Of a stretch of DNA of 32,000 nucleotides, positions 10,417 to 19,308 are shown in pieces. Both the position numbers and the translations under genes were made by a program. Each line of letters begins with the position of its first letter. The stretch's first letter is position 1. The notes under the pieces are model-generated. The model made no database searches, was not told the DNA's origin, and was given only the letters and a program-made list of their open reading frames with translations. The DNA is from an uncultured archaeon (GTDB lineage Archaea; Iainarchaeota; Iainarchaeia; Iainarchaeales; JAAZKV01): the NCBI GenBank assembly GCA_964551375.1, contig CAZKBG010000001.1, forward strand, positions 777,329 to 809,328, given 5' to 3'.

Positions 10417-11100
10417 ATGCATGCAAAAAAAAGGGGACAGGGAACAATTGAATACCTTGTTATAATAGCGGTTGTAATTGTGCTTGCATTAGTAACATCA
10501 TATTTTATGATGGGCTCGCTTGGCTCGGCTTCAGCAGCAGAAAAGGCTTCGTTAAAAACAGCATGGCAGACAAAAGAAGTGGGAATTGCCGATTTTGCAG
10601 TTGATTCAGACGGAGCGGGAAAAATTGCCATAATGAATAACTCTGGCGAATTTGTGAGAATAAAGAAAGTTTATGTTGACGGAGTGCTTGTTTATGACGG
10701 AACGCTTTCACTTGGAAATTTTGATAGATATGTAGTGGGTTCTTTTGCTGAAAATGTGACTTCTTGCAGCGCGGACAGAAGATACAGTATAAGAATAATT
10801 TACGAGGCTGAAAGCGGGCTTGAAGATGAAGTGAGCGGAGACTTGTACGCAGAATGCATGGCAAGATTGAATGAAGGCGCGCTAAGATTCTTGCAGTTAA
10901 CCGACGCGAATTTGAGTCTTGGGGACACAATCAACGTTTCAGCAGCAACAGGATACTTTACTTTAATTGACGCCAACTTTGTGAACTCAAGAAGCATAAC
11001 TTATGGAAATGAAGGCTTTGGAGAGTACGGCGGCGTTGATTTAAACACAACAAGAAACACCGATAACAACTATATAGAACTTGACGTACAAGCTGAATAA
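10417..11100 (+). CDS. Class III signal peptide-containing (type IV pilin/archaellin-like) protein
   Basis: N-terminus MHAKKRGQGTIEYLVIIAVVIVLALVTSYF: short charged leader, G|Q processing site, E at +5 and a hydrophobic helix, as in archaeal prepilins. Confidence 0.88.
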   Translation: MHAKKRGQGTIEYLVIIAVVIVLALVTSYFMMGSLGSASAAEKASLKTAWQTKEVGIADFAVDSDGAGKIAIMNNSGEFVRIKKVYVDGVLVYDGTLSLGNFDRYVVGSFAENVTSCSADRRYSIRIIYEAESGLEDEVSGDLYAECMARLNEGALRFLQLTDANLSLGDTINVSAATGYFTLIDANFVNSRSITYGNEGFGEYGGVDLNTTRNTDNNYIELDVQAE

Positions 11101-11207
11101 AGCCAAAATGAGTGGTTTTAATTAAGTTTAATGCAGTGGGGTTTGCACACAATAGGGTGAATTTTAAACCTTACTATTTATTGATTTATGCTTGGTGATA
11201 ATCTATA

Positions 11208-11753
11208 ATGAAACAAGTATTAGTTCTTGGAAGAGGCGGGCAGGGGGCTGTAACAAGCACTCAAATCCTTGCGGTAGCCGCATACTCTGACGGCAAATCA
11301 TGCTTAGCATTTCCAAACTTTGGAGTAGAAAGAATGGGAGCTCCCGTTAGAAGCTACTGCAGAGTTGACGACAAGAAAATAGAACTAAGAGAGCACGTTC
11401 AGGAAGCTGATTATGCAATAATACTTGACCCAACGCTATCAAGGCACTTCAATGAAAAAGTTACAAAATTAATTATAGTTAATTCAAACAAAACTCCTGA
11501 AGAAATGTGCATTGTGACAGAAGCAAAAGTAATATGCGTAGATGTAACCGGAGTAGCAATGAAAATAATCGGAAAACCATTTGTAAACGTAGCCGCTCTT
11601 GGAGCGCTTGCAGCATTAACTGATGAAATTACATTAAAATCGCTTGAAGACGCGATAAAAAAACAAATGGGCTCAAAAGGACCCGCAGTTGAAAAAAATA
11701 TTTTAGCGGTAAGAGAAGTGTATGAGTTAGCAAAAAAAACACAGAAAAGATAA
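11208..11753 (+). CDS. porG: 2-oxoacid (probably pyruvate):ferredoxin oxidoreductase, gamma subunit
   Basis: MKQVLVLGRGGQGAVTSTQILAVAAYSDGKSCLAFPNFGVERMGAPVRSYCRVDD is typical of the gamma subunit. First gene of a gamma-delta-alpha-beta operon. Confidence 0.92.
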   Translation: MKQVLVLGRGGQGAVTSTQILAVAAYSDGKSCLAFPNFGVERMGAPVRSYCRVDDKKIELREHVQEADYAIILDPTLSRHFNEKVTKLIIVNSNKTPEEMCIVTEAKVICVDVTGVAMKIIGKPFVNVAALGALAALTDEITLKSLEDAIKKQMGSKGPAVEKNILAVREVYELAKKTQKR

Positions 11754-11787
11754 AAATGACGATTGAAATTAAAATAATGTGATTATA

Positions 11788-12162
11788 ATGGCTGGAAAAC
11801 AAAAAATCAAAAAAAGCGCTGATTCGGGCAAAAAAGCAGCAGCTCCGAAAAAAGGAAGTGCTGCAAAAACATGCGAATTTTACTTTGAAGAAAAACTTGA
11901 GCTGACAAAAGGCGGAGTAATAACAAAACCAGGCTCGACAAGAAACTACAAGACAGGCGAATGGAGAACATTCAAACCCACAATTGATTTACTTAAATGC
12001 ATAAAATGCGGAAAGTGCTGGATGGTTTGCCCTGATTCCGCAATAAAACAGAGAAAAGAAGACGGAAAATTCGAAATCAACCATGACTACTGCAAAGGAT
12101 GCCTATTATGCGTAAAAGAATGCCCAGTAAAATGCATCCCTTACGAACTTGAGGACAAATAA
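11788..12162 (+). CDS. porD: 2-oxoacid:ferredoxin oxidoreductase, delta subunit (2x[4Fe-4S] ferredoxin-like)
   Basis: Two CxxCxxCxxxCP-type clusters (CIKCGKCWMVCPDSA; CKGCLLCVKECPVKC). Operon position. Start taken as ATG11788 rather than GTG11779. Confidence 0.92.
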   Translation: MAGKQKIKKSADSGKKAAAPKKGSAAKTCEFYFEEKLELTKGGVITKPGSTRNYKTGEWRTFKPTIDLLKCIKCGKCWMVCPDSAIKQRKEDGKFEINHDYCKGCLLCVKECPVKCIPYELEDK

Positions 12163-12217
12163 TTATTAGATTTTTTTTATAAGATGTGGGAAAGTTAATT
12201 TAAGTTAAGTTTAAGGA

Positions 12218-13387
12218 ATGGATTTAAAGAGTGTGAAAAAAATGAGTGAAACAAAAGTAATTTCAGGCTCAATTGCGGTTGCAGAAGCAGTAAAGCAGTG
12301 CAAACCAAAAGTGCTTCCAATGTATCCAATAACTCCAAGCACACTAATACCAGAAAAGCTATCTGAAATGGTTGCAAACGGAGAGCTTGACTCAAGAATA
12401 ATTTACGTTGAAAGCGAACACTCAGCAATAAGTGCGCTTTACGGAGTATACGGAACAGGAATACGCGGATTCACAGCGACAGCATCACAGGGAATGGCAT
12501 TAATGCATGAAATACTTCCAATAATGTCAGGCGCAAGATTTCCAGCAGTAATGGCAGTCGCAAACAGAGCTTTGTCAGGACCATTAAATATTTGGAATGA
12601 CCACTCAGACACAATGAGTGAAAGAGACCAAGGGTGGATACAATTCTACTGCGAAAATAATCAGGAAGCATACGACACAATTTTGATGGCTTATAAAATT
12701 GCAGAAGCGGAACAAGTGCAAATTCCAGTAATGGTTTGCATTGACGGATTTTACTTAACTCACTCATACGAGCCGGTTGTAATTGAAGACCAGAAAAAAG
12801 TCGACGCATTTGTGCCTGAATACAAACCAGAACACTATCTTGACACTAAAAATCCAAAAACATTCGGACCAATAGCTTATCCAAATGTTTACATGGAATA
12901 CAGAGAACATCAGGAAAAAGCAATGCAGGAAGCGCTAAAAATAATTCCAAAAGTTCACGAAGAATTCAAAAAAGCATTCGGCAGAAGCTACGGAGACGGA
13001 CTTGCAGAAGGAATTGAATTAAGAGACGCAGAATATGCGCTACTTTGCACAGGCTCAGTTTTAGGGACTGCAAAAGAAACAATGAAAGAACTAAGAGCAA
13101 AGGGAAAAAAAGTAGGATTAATAAAATTAAAATCAGTAAGACCGCTTCCTGTTGAAGAACTAAAAAAATTAGCTTCAAAATTAAAGGGACTAGGGGTAAT
13201 AGACAGACACGCTTCGCTTGGATTTGGAGGCGCGCTCACTAACGACATCAAAGCAGCACTTTCAGGAGAAAAAGTTAAAGTTACTGGATTTGTGGCAGGA
13301 CTTGGAGGAAGAGATATTAACAGAGCAAGACTGCACAAAGCTTATGAAACAGTAATGAAAGGAGAAGAAGGATACTGGCTCAAGTGA
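12218..13387 (+). CDS. porA: 2-oxoacid (probably pyruvate):ferredoxin oxidoreductase, alpha subunit
   Basis: YPITPSTLIPEKLSE… ESEHSAISALYGVYGTGIRGFTATASQG… and the C-terminal GGRDI motif match the PorA family. Confidence 0.92.
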   Translation: MDLKSVKKMSETKVISGSIAVAEAVKQCKPKVLPMYPITPSTLIPEKLSEMVANGELDSRIIYVESEHSAISALYGVYGTGIRGFTATASQGMALMHEILPIMSGARFPAVMAVANRALSGPLNIWNDHSDTMSERDQGWIQFYCENNQEAYDTILMAYKIAEAEQVQIPVMVCIDGFYLTHSYEPVVIEDQKKVDAFVPEYKPEHYLDTKNPKTFGPIAYPNVYMEYREHQEKAMQEALKIIPKVHEEFKKAFGRSYGDGLAEGIELRDAEYALLCTGSVLGTAKETMKELRAKGKKVGLIKLKSVRPLPVEELKKLASKLKGLGVIDRHASLGFGGALTNDIKAALSGEKVKVTGFVAGLGGRDINRARLHKAYETVMKGEEGYWLK

Positions 13388-13439
13388 AAGAGTGGGTAAG
13401 TATCAAAAAGAATTTATATTAATATATTAGGTGAAAAAA

Positions 13440-14348
13440 ATGGCTGTACTTGGAATAGATGAAAGAGAATTTTTCGCATCAGGCCACCGCTCGTGCGCAG
13501 GCTGCGGAGAAGCGCTTGCCGTAAGACATATCCTAAAAGCATGCGGAGAAAAAACAATAATAGTACAGGCAACAGGATGCATGGAAGTAGTATCAAGTGC
13601 ATACCCTGAAACAGCATGGGAAATGCCATGGATTCACTGCGCATTTGAAAATGCAAGCGCGGTAGCAAGCGGAGTTAGAGCGGCGCTTGACGCAAAAGGC
13701 GACAAAGAAACTAATGTTTTAACAATGGGCGGAGACGGCTCATCATTTGACATAGGATTTGGCTCATTAAGCGGAGCATTTGAAAGAGGAACAAAATTCT
13801 TGTACGTGTGCACTGATAACGAAGCATACATGAACACAGGAATTCAAAGAAGCGGAGCAACTTTTCCATACGCTAATACAACAACAAGCCCTGACGGAAA
13901 ACTAATCCATGGGAAAGTACAGCCAAAAAAACCATTGCCATTCATAATTGCAGCGCACGGCGCAAGATACGTTGCAACAGCAAGCGTAATGAATTTATTT
14001 GACTTAAAGAAGAAAGTTCAAAAAGCGCTTACAATAGACGGGCCGAGTTTTATTACAGTATTTTCGCCATGCACTCCAGGATGGAAAATTGAAACAAGCG
14101 CGACAATAGAAGTATCAAAAAAAGCTTTTGAAACAAATGTTTATCCCTTATACGAGATAGAAGACGGAGTGCTAAAGATTAATCAGAAGCCGGACGAGAA
14201 AAAGCCTGTTGAAGAATACTTAAAACTTCAAGGAAGATTTAAGCACGTTACTCCAGAAATAGCCGCAAAAATACAAAAATATGTTGATGACAGATGGCAG
14301 TTCTTGGAAAGCGTTGACGGCAAAAAAATCTTTGACCCAATACTTTGA
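13440..14348 (+). CDS. porB: 2-oxoacid (probably pyruvate):ferredoxin oxidoreductase, beta subunit (TPP-binding)
   Basis: HRSCAGCGEALAVRHILKACG… ATGCMEVVSS… GGDGSSFDIGFGSLSGAFERG (TPP-binding region). ATG13440 is preferred over GTG13431. Confidence 0.93.
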   Translation: MAVLGIDEREFFASGHRSCAGCGEALAVRHILKACGEKTIIVQATGCMEVVSSAYPETAWEMPWIHCAFENASAVASGVRAALDAKGDKETNVLTMGGDGSSFDIGFGSLSGAFERGTKFLYVCTDNEAYMNTGIQRSGATFPYANTTTSPDGKLIHGKVQPKKPLPFIIAAHGARYVATASVMNLFDLKKKVQKALTIDGPSFITVFSPCTPGWKIETSATIEVSKKAFETNVYPLYEIEDGVLKINQKPDEKKPVEEYLKLQGRFKHVTPEIAAKIQKYVDDRWQFLESVDGKKIFDPIL

Positions 14349-14398
14349 AGCTCAAGCTTTTTTTGAAGCTTCTTTTATTTTTTTTATTTTATTCTTTT
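14347..14398 (+). terminator. T-rich transcription terminator between convergent porB and dtdA
   Basis: GAAGCT…AGCTTC inverted repeat followed by T-rich tracts (ttttattttttttattttattctttttt) in a ~50-nt convergent intergenic gap. Confidence 0.55.
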
Positions 14399-15316
14399 TT
14401 ACTTAAGCAGATTTTGGACTCTTTCAACAGGAAGCCCGGATTTTTTTGCAAGCTTTAATATTTTTTCTTTGTGCTCTTTTAGCCCCTTCCAGTCAAGAAT
14501 AATTTCACTTGCCCTGCTCTTTTTAATCATCTGGTCAAATAAAGCATAATTGAGATTCTCAAGCTGATGCTTTGGGCAAATGTGCCCAAAAGCGTATCTC
14601 TCTCTTAAAGTGAGTTTAGTAAAATCAGGCGCATAATGCCCTCCCCCAATTCCTATAACAATTTTATCCCCAACCCTGTCAAGCGTTGATTCAATAACAG
14701 TTTCTGCAATTACTTTTGCGCCGAGCTCGTTCTTCCAATCAGCAGGAGTGGAGCCAAGTTCAATGAAAACACATTTTTTGTTAGTAAAAGGGCCGTGATG
14801 AGTTGCTTCATAAGAAACAACAAAACCCTGCTTGTTTAATCCGCTTGAAATATTCTTATCCGCAAGGCTTCTTAGATAATTTGCCCCAATCCACGCAAGA
14901 GAACCTGAAAGCTCCCTTGATTTTCCGCCGTACTTTGCATCCCCAAAATTTCCAATCATGTGAACTGTAAGACTCTTAGTTCCAGCCTCGCTCGCATGCT
15001 TTGAAAGGAAAATAATTTTCTCTTCCTTTATCTTCATCGGCTTTACAAAAATAATCTCCTCATGAAACTCATAAACAACCGCCCAACTCGGGATTCCAAT
15101 TTCCTTAATCTTTTTAAAAATAAGACTCCCCGCAGCATCCTTTGAGGAATAAACAAGCGCAATCTTTTCCTGCTCTCTTTTCGCAGGAGGAACAGAATTA
15201 GGCGCAGCATCTATTTGTGCATTAACCGCCGGCTCAACAGCAGCTATTGATTTTTCAGCTGGCTCAGGCACTTCTTGAATAACTGTGTTAGTCAACGCAT
15301 TAGTTTCTGTTTCCAT
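14399..15316 (-). CDS. dtdA: D-aminoacyl-tRNA deacylase (archaeal/plant DtdA type)
   Basis: KIALVYSSKDAAGS…, HMIGNFG…YGGKSRELS, YEATHHGPFTNKKCVFIELGSTPADW, GGGHYAPDFT, FGHICPKHQLEN motifs. Confidence 0.9.
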   Translation of the reverse strand: METETNALTNTVIQEVPEPAEKSIAAVEPAVNAQIDAAPNSVPPAKREQEKIALVYSSKDAAGSLIFKKIKEIGIPSWAVVYEFHEEIIFVKPMKIKEEKIIFLSKHASEAGTKSLTVHMIGNFGDAKYGGKSRELSGSLAWIGANYLRSLADKNISSGLNKQGFVVSYEATHHGPFTNKKCVFIELGSTPADWKNELGAKVIAETVIESTLDRVGDKIVIGIGGGHYAPDFTKLTLRERYAFGHICPKHQLENLNYALFDQMIKKSRASEIILDWKGLKEHKEKILKLAKKSGLPVERVQNLLK

Positions 15317-15434
15317 AATGAAAGATTATTCAAAAAGGTTTAAGTAAGCATTATTTTAGCATAAAAACGAAATTTTGGGAAATTTTATAAACTTTCATGA
15401 AGAATAGTATTATAGCATTACAGAGGTGTAAAAA

Positions 15435-15587
15435 ATGGTTGTAGAGTACGGAGAATTCAAGGGAAACAAGTTAATTATCTTAAAAAGAACAGAACAGGAC
15501 ACTTTCCCGTTTCAATTCGGAAAAGGCAAAGCGAAGTTAATTGTTGAAAACTTTGAAGCAATAAAGAAATTTGCCGAAGAAGAGTAA
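15435..15587 (+). CDS. Small conserved-looking protein, 50 aa, unknown function (not in the supplied ORF track)
   Basis: ATG to TAA ORF encoding MVVEYGEFKGNKLIILKRTEQDTFPFQFGKGKAKLIVENFEAIKKFAEEE, preceded by an AGAGGTG ribosome-binding-like sequence. Confidence 0.7.
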   Translation: MVVEYGEFKGNKLIILKRTEQDTFPFQFGKGKAKLIVENFEAIKKFAEEE

Positions 15588-15706
15588 ATAATTGCTTTTG
15601 TTTAAATGCTTATTCCGTTAATCGTTTATGCTCTTTTCTGCTGATTAATTTGCCTGCAGGCAATATATCTGATTAAGCTTTAATACCCGAAGGGCTTAAT
15701 TTTGTA

Positions 15707-17752
15707 ATGCCAAAAAAACACAAGCATGATTTATCCAAACTGCTGAATCCAAAAAGCGTTGCGGTAATCGGAGCGTCAAATATTCCTGGAAAAGTGGGAT
15801 ATGCGCTTGTAAAAAATCTGATTGAAGCGGATTATTCAGGAGAAATTATTCCAATTAACCTGCATGAGAAAAAAGTCCAAGGAATCAATGCTTATGAATC
15901 AATTTCAAAAATAGCAAAAGCAGTTGACTGCGCGCTTATTGCGGTTCCCGCACAGTTTGTCCCGCAAATACTAAAAGAATGCGCGGATAAGGGAATCAAA
16001 AGCGCGGTAGTAATAACCGCTGGATTTTCAGAAACTGGGGAAGAAGGAAAAAAAATAGAAGAAGAAATGGCTAAAATAATTAAAGAACACCGCATGCTTG
16101 TAGTTGGACCAAATACGCTTGGAGTAATTAATACTGAAAACGGGTTTAACGGCTCATTTGCATCAACATTCCCCCAGCAGGGACACTTGGCAGTAGTTTC
16201 GCAATCAGGGGCTTTATGCACCGCAATGCTTGACTGGGCAAGGCAGGAAAAAATAGGATTCAGCAAATTTATTTCAACAGGGAACAAAACATTCCTAAAC
16301 GAAGCGGACTATTTTGAATACCTTGAAAACGATCCAAGAACAAAAGCAGTGTTTGTTTATATGGAATCGGTAAAAGACTCAAACACATTCTTAAAACATG
16401 CTGCAAAACTCGCAAAGAAAAAGCCAGTAGTTGTTATAAAATCAGGAAGATCAAAAGCAGGGCAAAAAGCAGCGTCATCCCACACAGGCGCAATGAGCGT
16501 GGATGATAATATTTTCTCAATCGCATGCAAAAAAGCAAATATTATTAGGCTTACCACAATTGAAAGCTTTTTTGACATGGCAAAGCTTTTGTCAAAATTA
16601 AAAAAAGTAAGCGGGTTTAAGCTTGCAGTTGTAACAAATGCTGGCGGGCCAGGAGTAATAGTTGCCGACGCTGCAGAAGCAAATAATTTCATGCTTCCTG
16701 CTTTTACAGAAAAAACAATCAATATTGTAAAAGAAATAAATCCGCATCCTTCAAATCCGCTTGACTTAATAGGGGATGCAAAGCCGATTGATTACAAAAC
16801 CGCCATAAAAACGCTTCAAGCGGACTCAAATGTGGATATAGTTTATGTGCTTCTAACTCCACAGAGCATGACAAATCCTGAAAGAGTTGCTGACATTATA
16901 GTTTCGCTCAACAAATCAAAGCAGATAATCTGCTCATTCATCGGCGGAACCAGCGTGGCCCATCCGCGAAGATACCTAAAAGAACACGGGGTTGTTGATT
17001 TTGAAACCCCTGAAAGGGGAATCAAAGCGCTTGCAAGATTATTTGAATACACCAAAAGAAAAGCTGTAAAGAAAAATTTTGAACAAAAAACCCATCCTAA
17101 AAAAGAAATTGGAAAGTCAATATTTGTAAAAAAACAAATGGATATGGAAGAATCATACAAGCTTCTTCATGAGTTTGGAATTAACACTCCTAAAACAGTA
17201 TTTTTTACGCACGCAAACGAACTTGAGCACCATAAAATCAATTTTCCGGTTGCTCTAAAAACAGCGACAGGATTTGCGCACAAAACAGACCATGGTTTAA
17301 TTAAAGTAGGAATACGCACAAAAGACGAGCTTGAAATTGAAGTTCATTTTATGCGTGAAAAGTCAAAACAGCTCGGAATTGAATCAAGATTTGCTATGCA
17401 GGAAATGGTAAGCGGACAGGAAGTGCTTGTTTCAGCAATAACTACTGAATTTGGAAAAGCAGTTACTTACGGACTTGGAGGGATATTTGTTGAAGTCACA
17501 AAAGACTTTTCACAAAAGCTTGCCCCCATAAACGATTCGGACATTGAAGAGATGCTTGAAGAGGTTAAAGGGACAAAAGTTCTTCACGGCGCAAGAACAA
17601 AAAAGAAATACGATATCGAGTCATTGAAAAAACTCATAAAAGCGCTTGCGCTGCTCGCCCAGACTTATCCTCAAATTAAGGAAATAGAACTAAATCCAGT
17701 TATTGTAACTGAAAACGGCTGTGTGGCTGTTGATGCTGTTGCGCTGATTTGA
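15707..17752 (+). CDS. Acetyl-CoA/acyl-CoA synthetase (ADP-forming), fused alpha-beta form
   Basis: MPKKHKHDLSKLLNPKSVAVIGASNIPGKVGYAL (CoA-binding), SSHTGAMSVDD (catalytic His region), C-terminal ATP-grasp-like region (GFAHKTDHGLIKVGI…IKEIELNPVIV). Confidence 0.9.
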   Translation: MPKKHKHDLSKLLNPKSVAVIGASNIPGKVGYALVKNLIEADYSGEIIPINLHEKKVQGINAYESISKIAKAVDCALIAVPAQFVPQILKECADKGIKSAVVITAGFSETGEEGKKIEEEMAKIIKEHRMLVVGPNTLGVINTENGFNGSFASTFPQQGHLAVVSQSGALCTAMLDWARQEKIGFSKFISTGNKTFLNEADYFEYLENDPRTKAVFVYMESVKDSNTFLKHAAKLAKKKPVVVIKSGRSKAGQKAASSHTGAMSVDDNIFSIACKKANIIRLTTIESFFDMAKLLSKLKKVSGFKLAVVTNAGGPGVIVADAAEANNFMLPAFTEKTINIVKEINPHPSNPLDLIGDAKPIDYKTAIKTLQADSNVDIVYVLLTPQSMTNPERVADIIVSLNKSKQIICSFIGGTSVAHPRRYLKEHGVVDFETPERGIKALARLFEYTKRKAVKKNFEQKTHPKKEIGKSIFVKKQMDMEESYKLLHEFGINTPKTVFFTHANELEHHKINFPVALKTATGFAHKTDHGLIKVGIRTKDELEIEVHFMREKSKQLGIESRFAMQEMVSGQEVLVSAITTEFGKAVTYGLGGIFVEVTKDFSQKLAPINDSDIEEMLEEVKGTKVLHGARTKKKYDIESLKKLIKALALLAQTYPQIKEIELNPVIVTENGCVAVDAVALI

Positions 17753-17759
17753 TTTTGAT

Positions 17760-19238
17760 TTAGCTTTTTATCTGCCCGCCGCAGCAAGCCCGATTGTCGC
17801 TGTCAAAAAGACGAAGCTGTTCCCCCATTTTTGTCGGATAAGTGCCGTTAACACAGGCAAGACAAAGGGAATCTTTTGGTATTCCAATTCCTTTAACAAG
17901 TCCATCTTCGGTTTGATAAATCAAAGAATCAGCGCCGATTTCTTTTCTTACTTTTTCGATTATATCTTTGCTGCTCAAATTATCTTTTGCCGCAACAAGC
18001 TCCTTTCTTGTGCTCATATCAATTCCATAAAAGCATGGCCATTTAATCGGAGGGCAGGAAACTCGCACATGGATTTCTTTTGGCTTTCCGTTTGTTCTGA
18101 TAAAATCAATCATGCCCTTCATAGTCGTTCCGCGGACAATGCTGTCATCAACCAAAAATACTCTTTTTCCTTCAACGACCTGCCTGATTACTGTAAATTT
18201 ATCCTTAACCTTCTGCGCTCTGTCTTTTGATTCAATAAAAGTCCTTCCAACATACCTGTTTCTAATTAATCCCTCAACACAAGGAAGCTTCAGCACTTCT
18301 GCAAATCCTTCTCCAGCTGGACGGCTGGAATCAGGAACCGGAACCACAATGCAATCGGAAGAAATTTTCTGGGTCTCAAGTTTAGCAAGCTCCTTTCCAA
18401 GAGAATGCCGCGCTTTGTATACTAAAGTTGAATCAAGGACTGAAGCGGGGTTGGCAAAATAAACCCATTCAAAAAAGCAATGCGCTTTCTTTTTTTGATT
18501 TGAAAAACGCTCTATTCTAATGTTTCCTTTTTCTTTTATTATCATCTCGCCTGGCGCAAGATCTTTAATATCAGTAAATCCAATTGACTCAAGCGCAACG
18601 CTTTCGCTCGCAAAAGCAAGTTCATCGCCTCTTATTGAATAACATAAAGGGTGAAAGCCAAGCGGGTCTCGGGCGGCAATCAGCGTGCCGTTTGCGTCAA
18701 TGAAAGCAATATTATATGCCCCGTCAAGATTATCAGAAACTCGTTTAAAGATTTCAAGATAAGAATTTGACTCCTTAATTGCTTTTGAGAACAAGTGCAT
18801 AATTACTTCAGTATCCGTGTCGCGCACAAGATGATAATTATCTCTTTCAAGCCCCGCTTTGAGATCCGCATAGTTTGAGATATTTCCATTAAAGCAAAAT
18901 GAAAACCATTTATTTTTGTTGCCGTGAGTTCTTTCAAAAGGCTGGGCATAGCTCACATCATCAGGGCCGCTTGTGGCATACCTCACGTGCCCGATTCCGT
19001 CGCCTGAAGAATGCTCTTTTAACACCTGCGCAAACTTTTCCTTATTCTCTGAATGAAACGCTGTATTTACAGTTCCAAGCCTTCGATAAGTGTTAAGTCT
19101 CTGCAGCTCATTCTCATGAAAAGTAGTTATTCCTGCTGAAAGCTGGCCCCTGTGCTGAAGCTGGATAAGCATTTTGTATAAAAAAACGCCGGCATTATCC
19201 TTAACGCTAATTCCACAAATGCCGCATTTGTGATTCAT
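17760..19238 (-). CDS. purF: Amidophosphoribosyltransferase (glutamine PRPP amidotransferase)
   Basis: CGICGISVKDN N-terminal nucleophile region, LQHRGQLSAGI, GHVRYATSG, VFLVDDSIVRGTTMK (PRPP site), IVPVPDSSRPAGEGFAE. Confidence 0.93.
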   Translation of the reverse strand: MNHKCGICGISVKDNAGVFLYKMLIQLQHRGQLSAGITTFHENELQRLNTYRRLGTVNTAFHSENKEKFAQVLKEHSSGDGIGHVRYATSGPDDVSYAQPFERTHGNKNKWFSFCFNGNISNYADLKAGLERDNYHLVRDTDTEVIMHLFSKAIKESNSYLEIFKRVSDNLDGAYNIAFIDANGTLIAARDPLGFHPLCYSIRGDELAFASESVALESIGFTDIKDLAPGEMIIKEKGNIRIERFSNQKKKAHCFFEWVYFANPASVLDSTLVYKARHSLGKELAKLETQKISSDCIVVPVPDSSRPAGEGFAEVLKLPCVEGLIRNRYVGRTFIESKDRAQKVKDKFTVIRQVVEGKRVFLVDDSIVRGTTMKGMIDFIRTNGKPKEIHVRVSCPPIKWPCFYGIDMSTRKELVAAKDNLSSKDIIEKVRKEIGADSLIYQTEDGLVKGIGIPKDSLCLACVNGTYPTKMGEQLRLFDSDNRACCGGQIKS

Positions 19239-19308
19239 CTATTATTATTCGTAAAGAAAGCAAATATAATATAATCGCCAGAGTCAGTTCTTTATATCTC
19301 TGCTATAA

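Noticed and set aside
12195-14000. Minus-strand ORFs across porA/porB (12195-12428, 12471-12809, 12966-13178, 12988-13338, 13414-13668, 13634-13837)
   Set aside because: These are shadow ORFs opposite a canonical operon and have no independent features.
15588-15706. Possible C/D-box-like small RNA (two CTGATTAA occurrences) in the intergenic region
   Set aside because: No matching C box (RUGAUGA) at appropriate spacing and no paired terminal stem.
17913-19096. Plus-strand ORFs opposite purF (17913-18230, 18112-18462, 18899-19096)
   Set aside because: They are antisense to a motif-confirmed purF and their translations have no recognisable domain.
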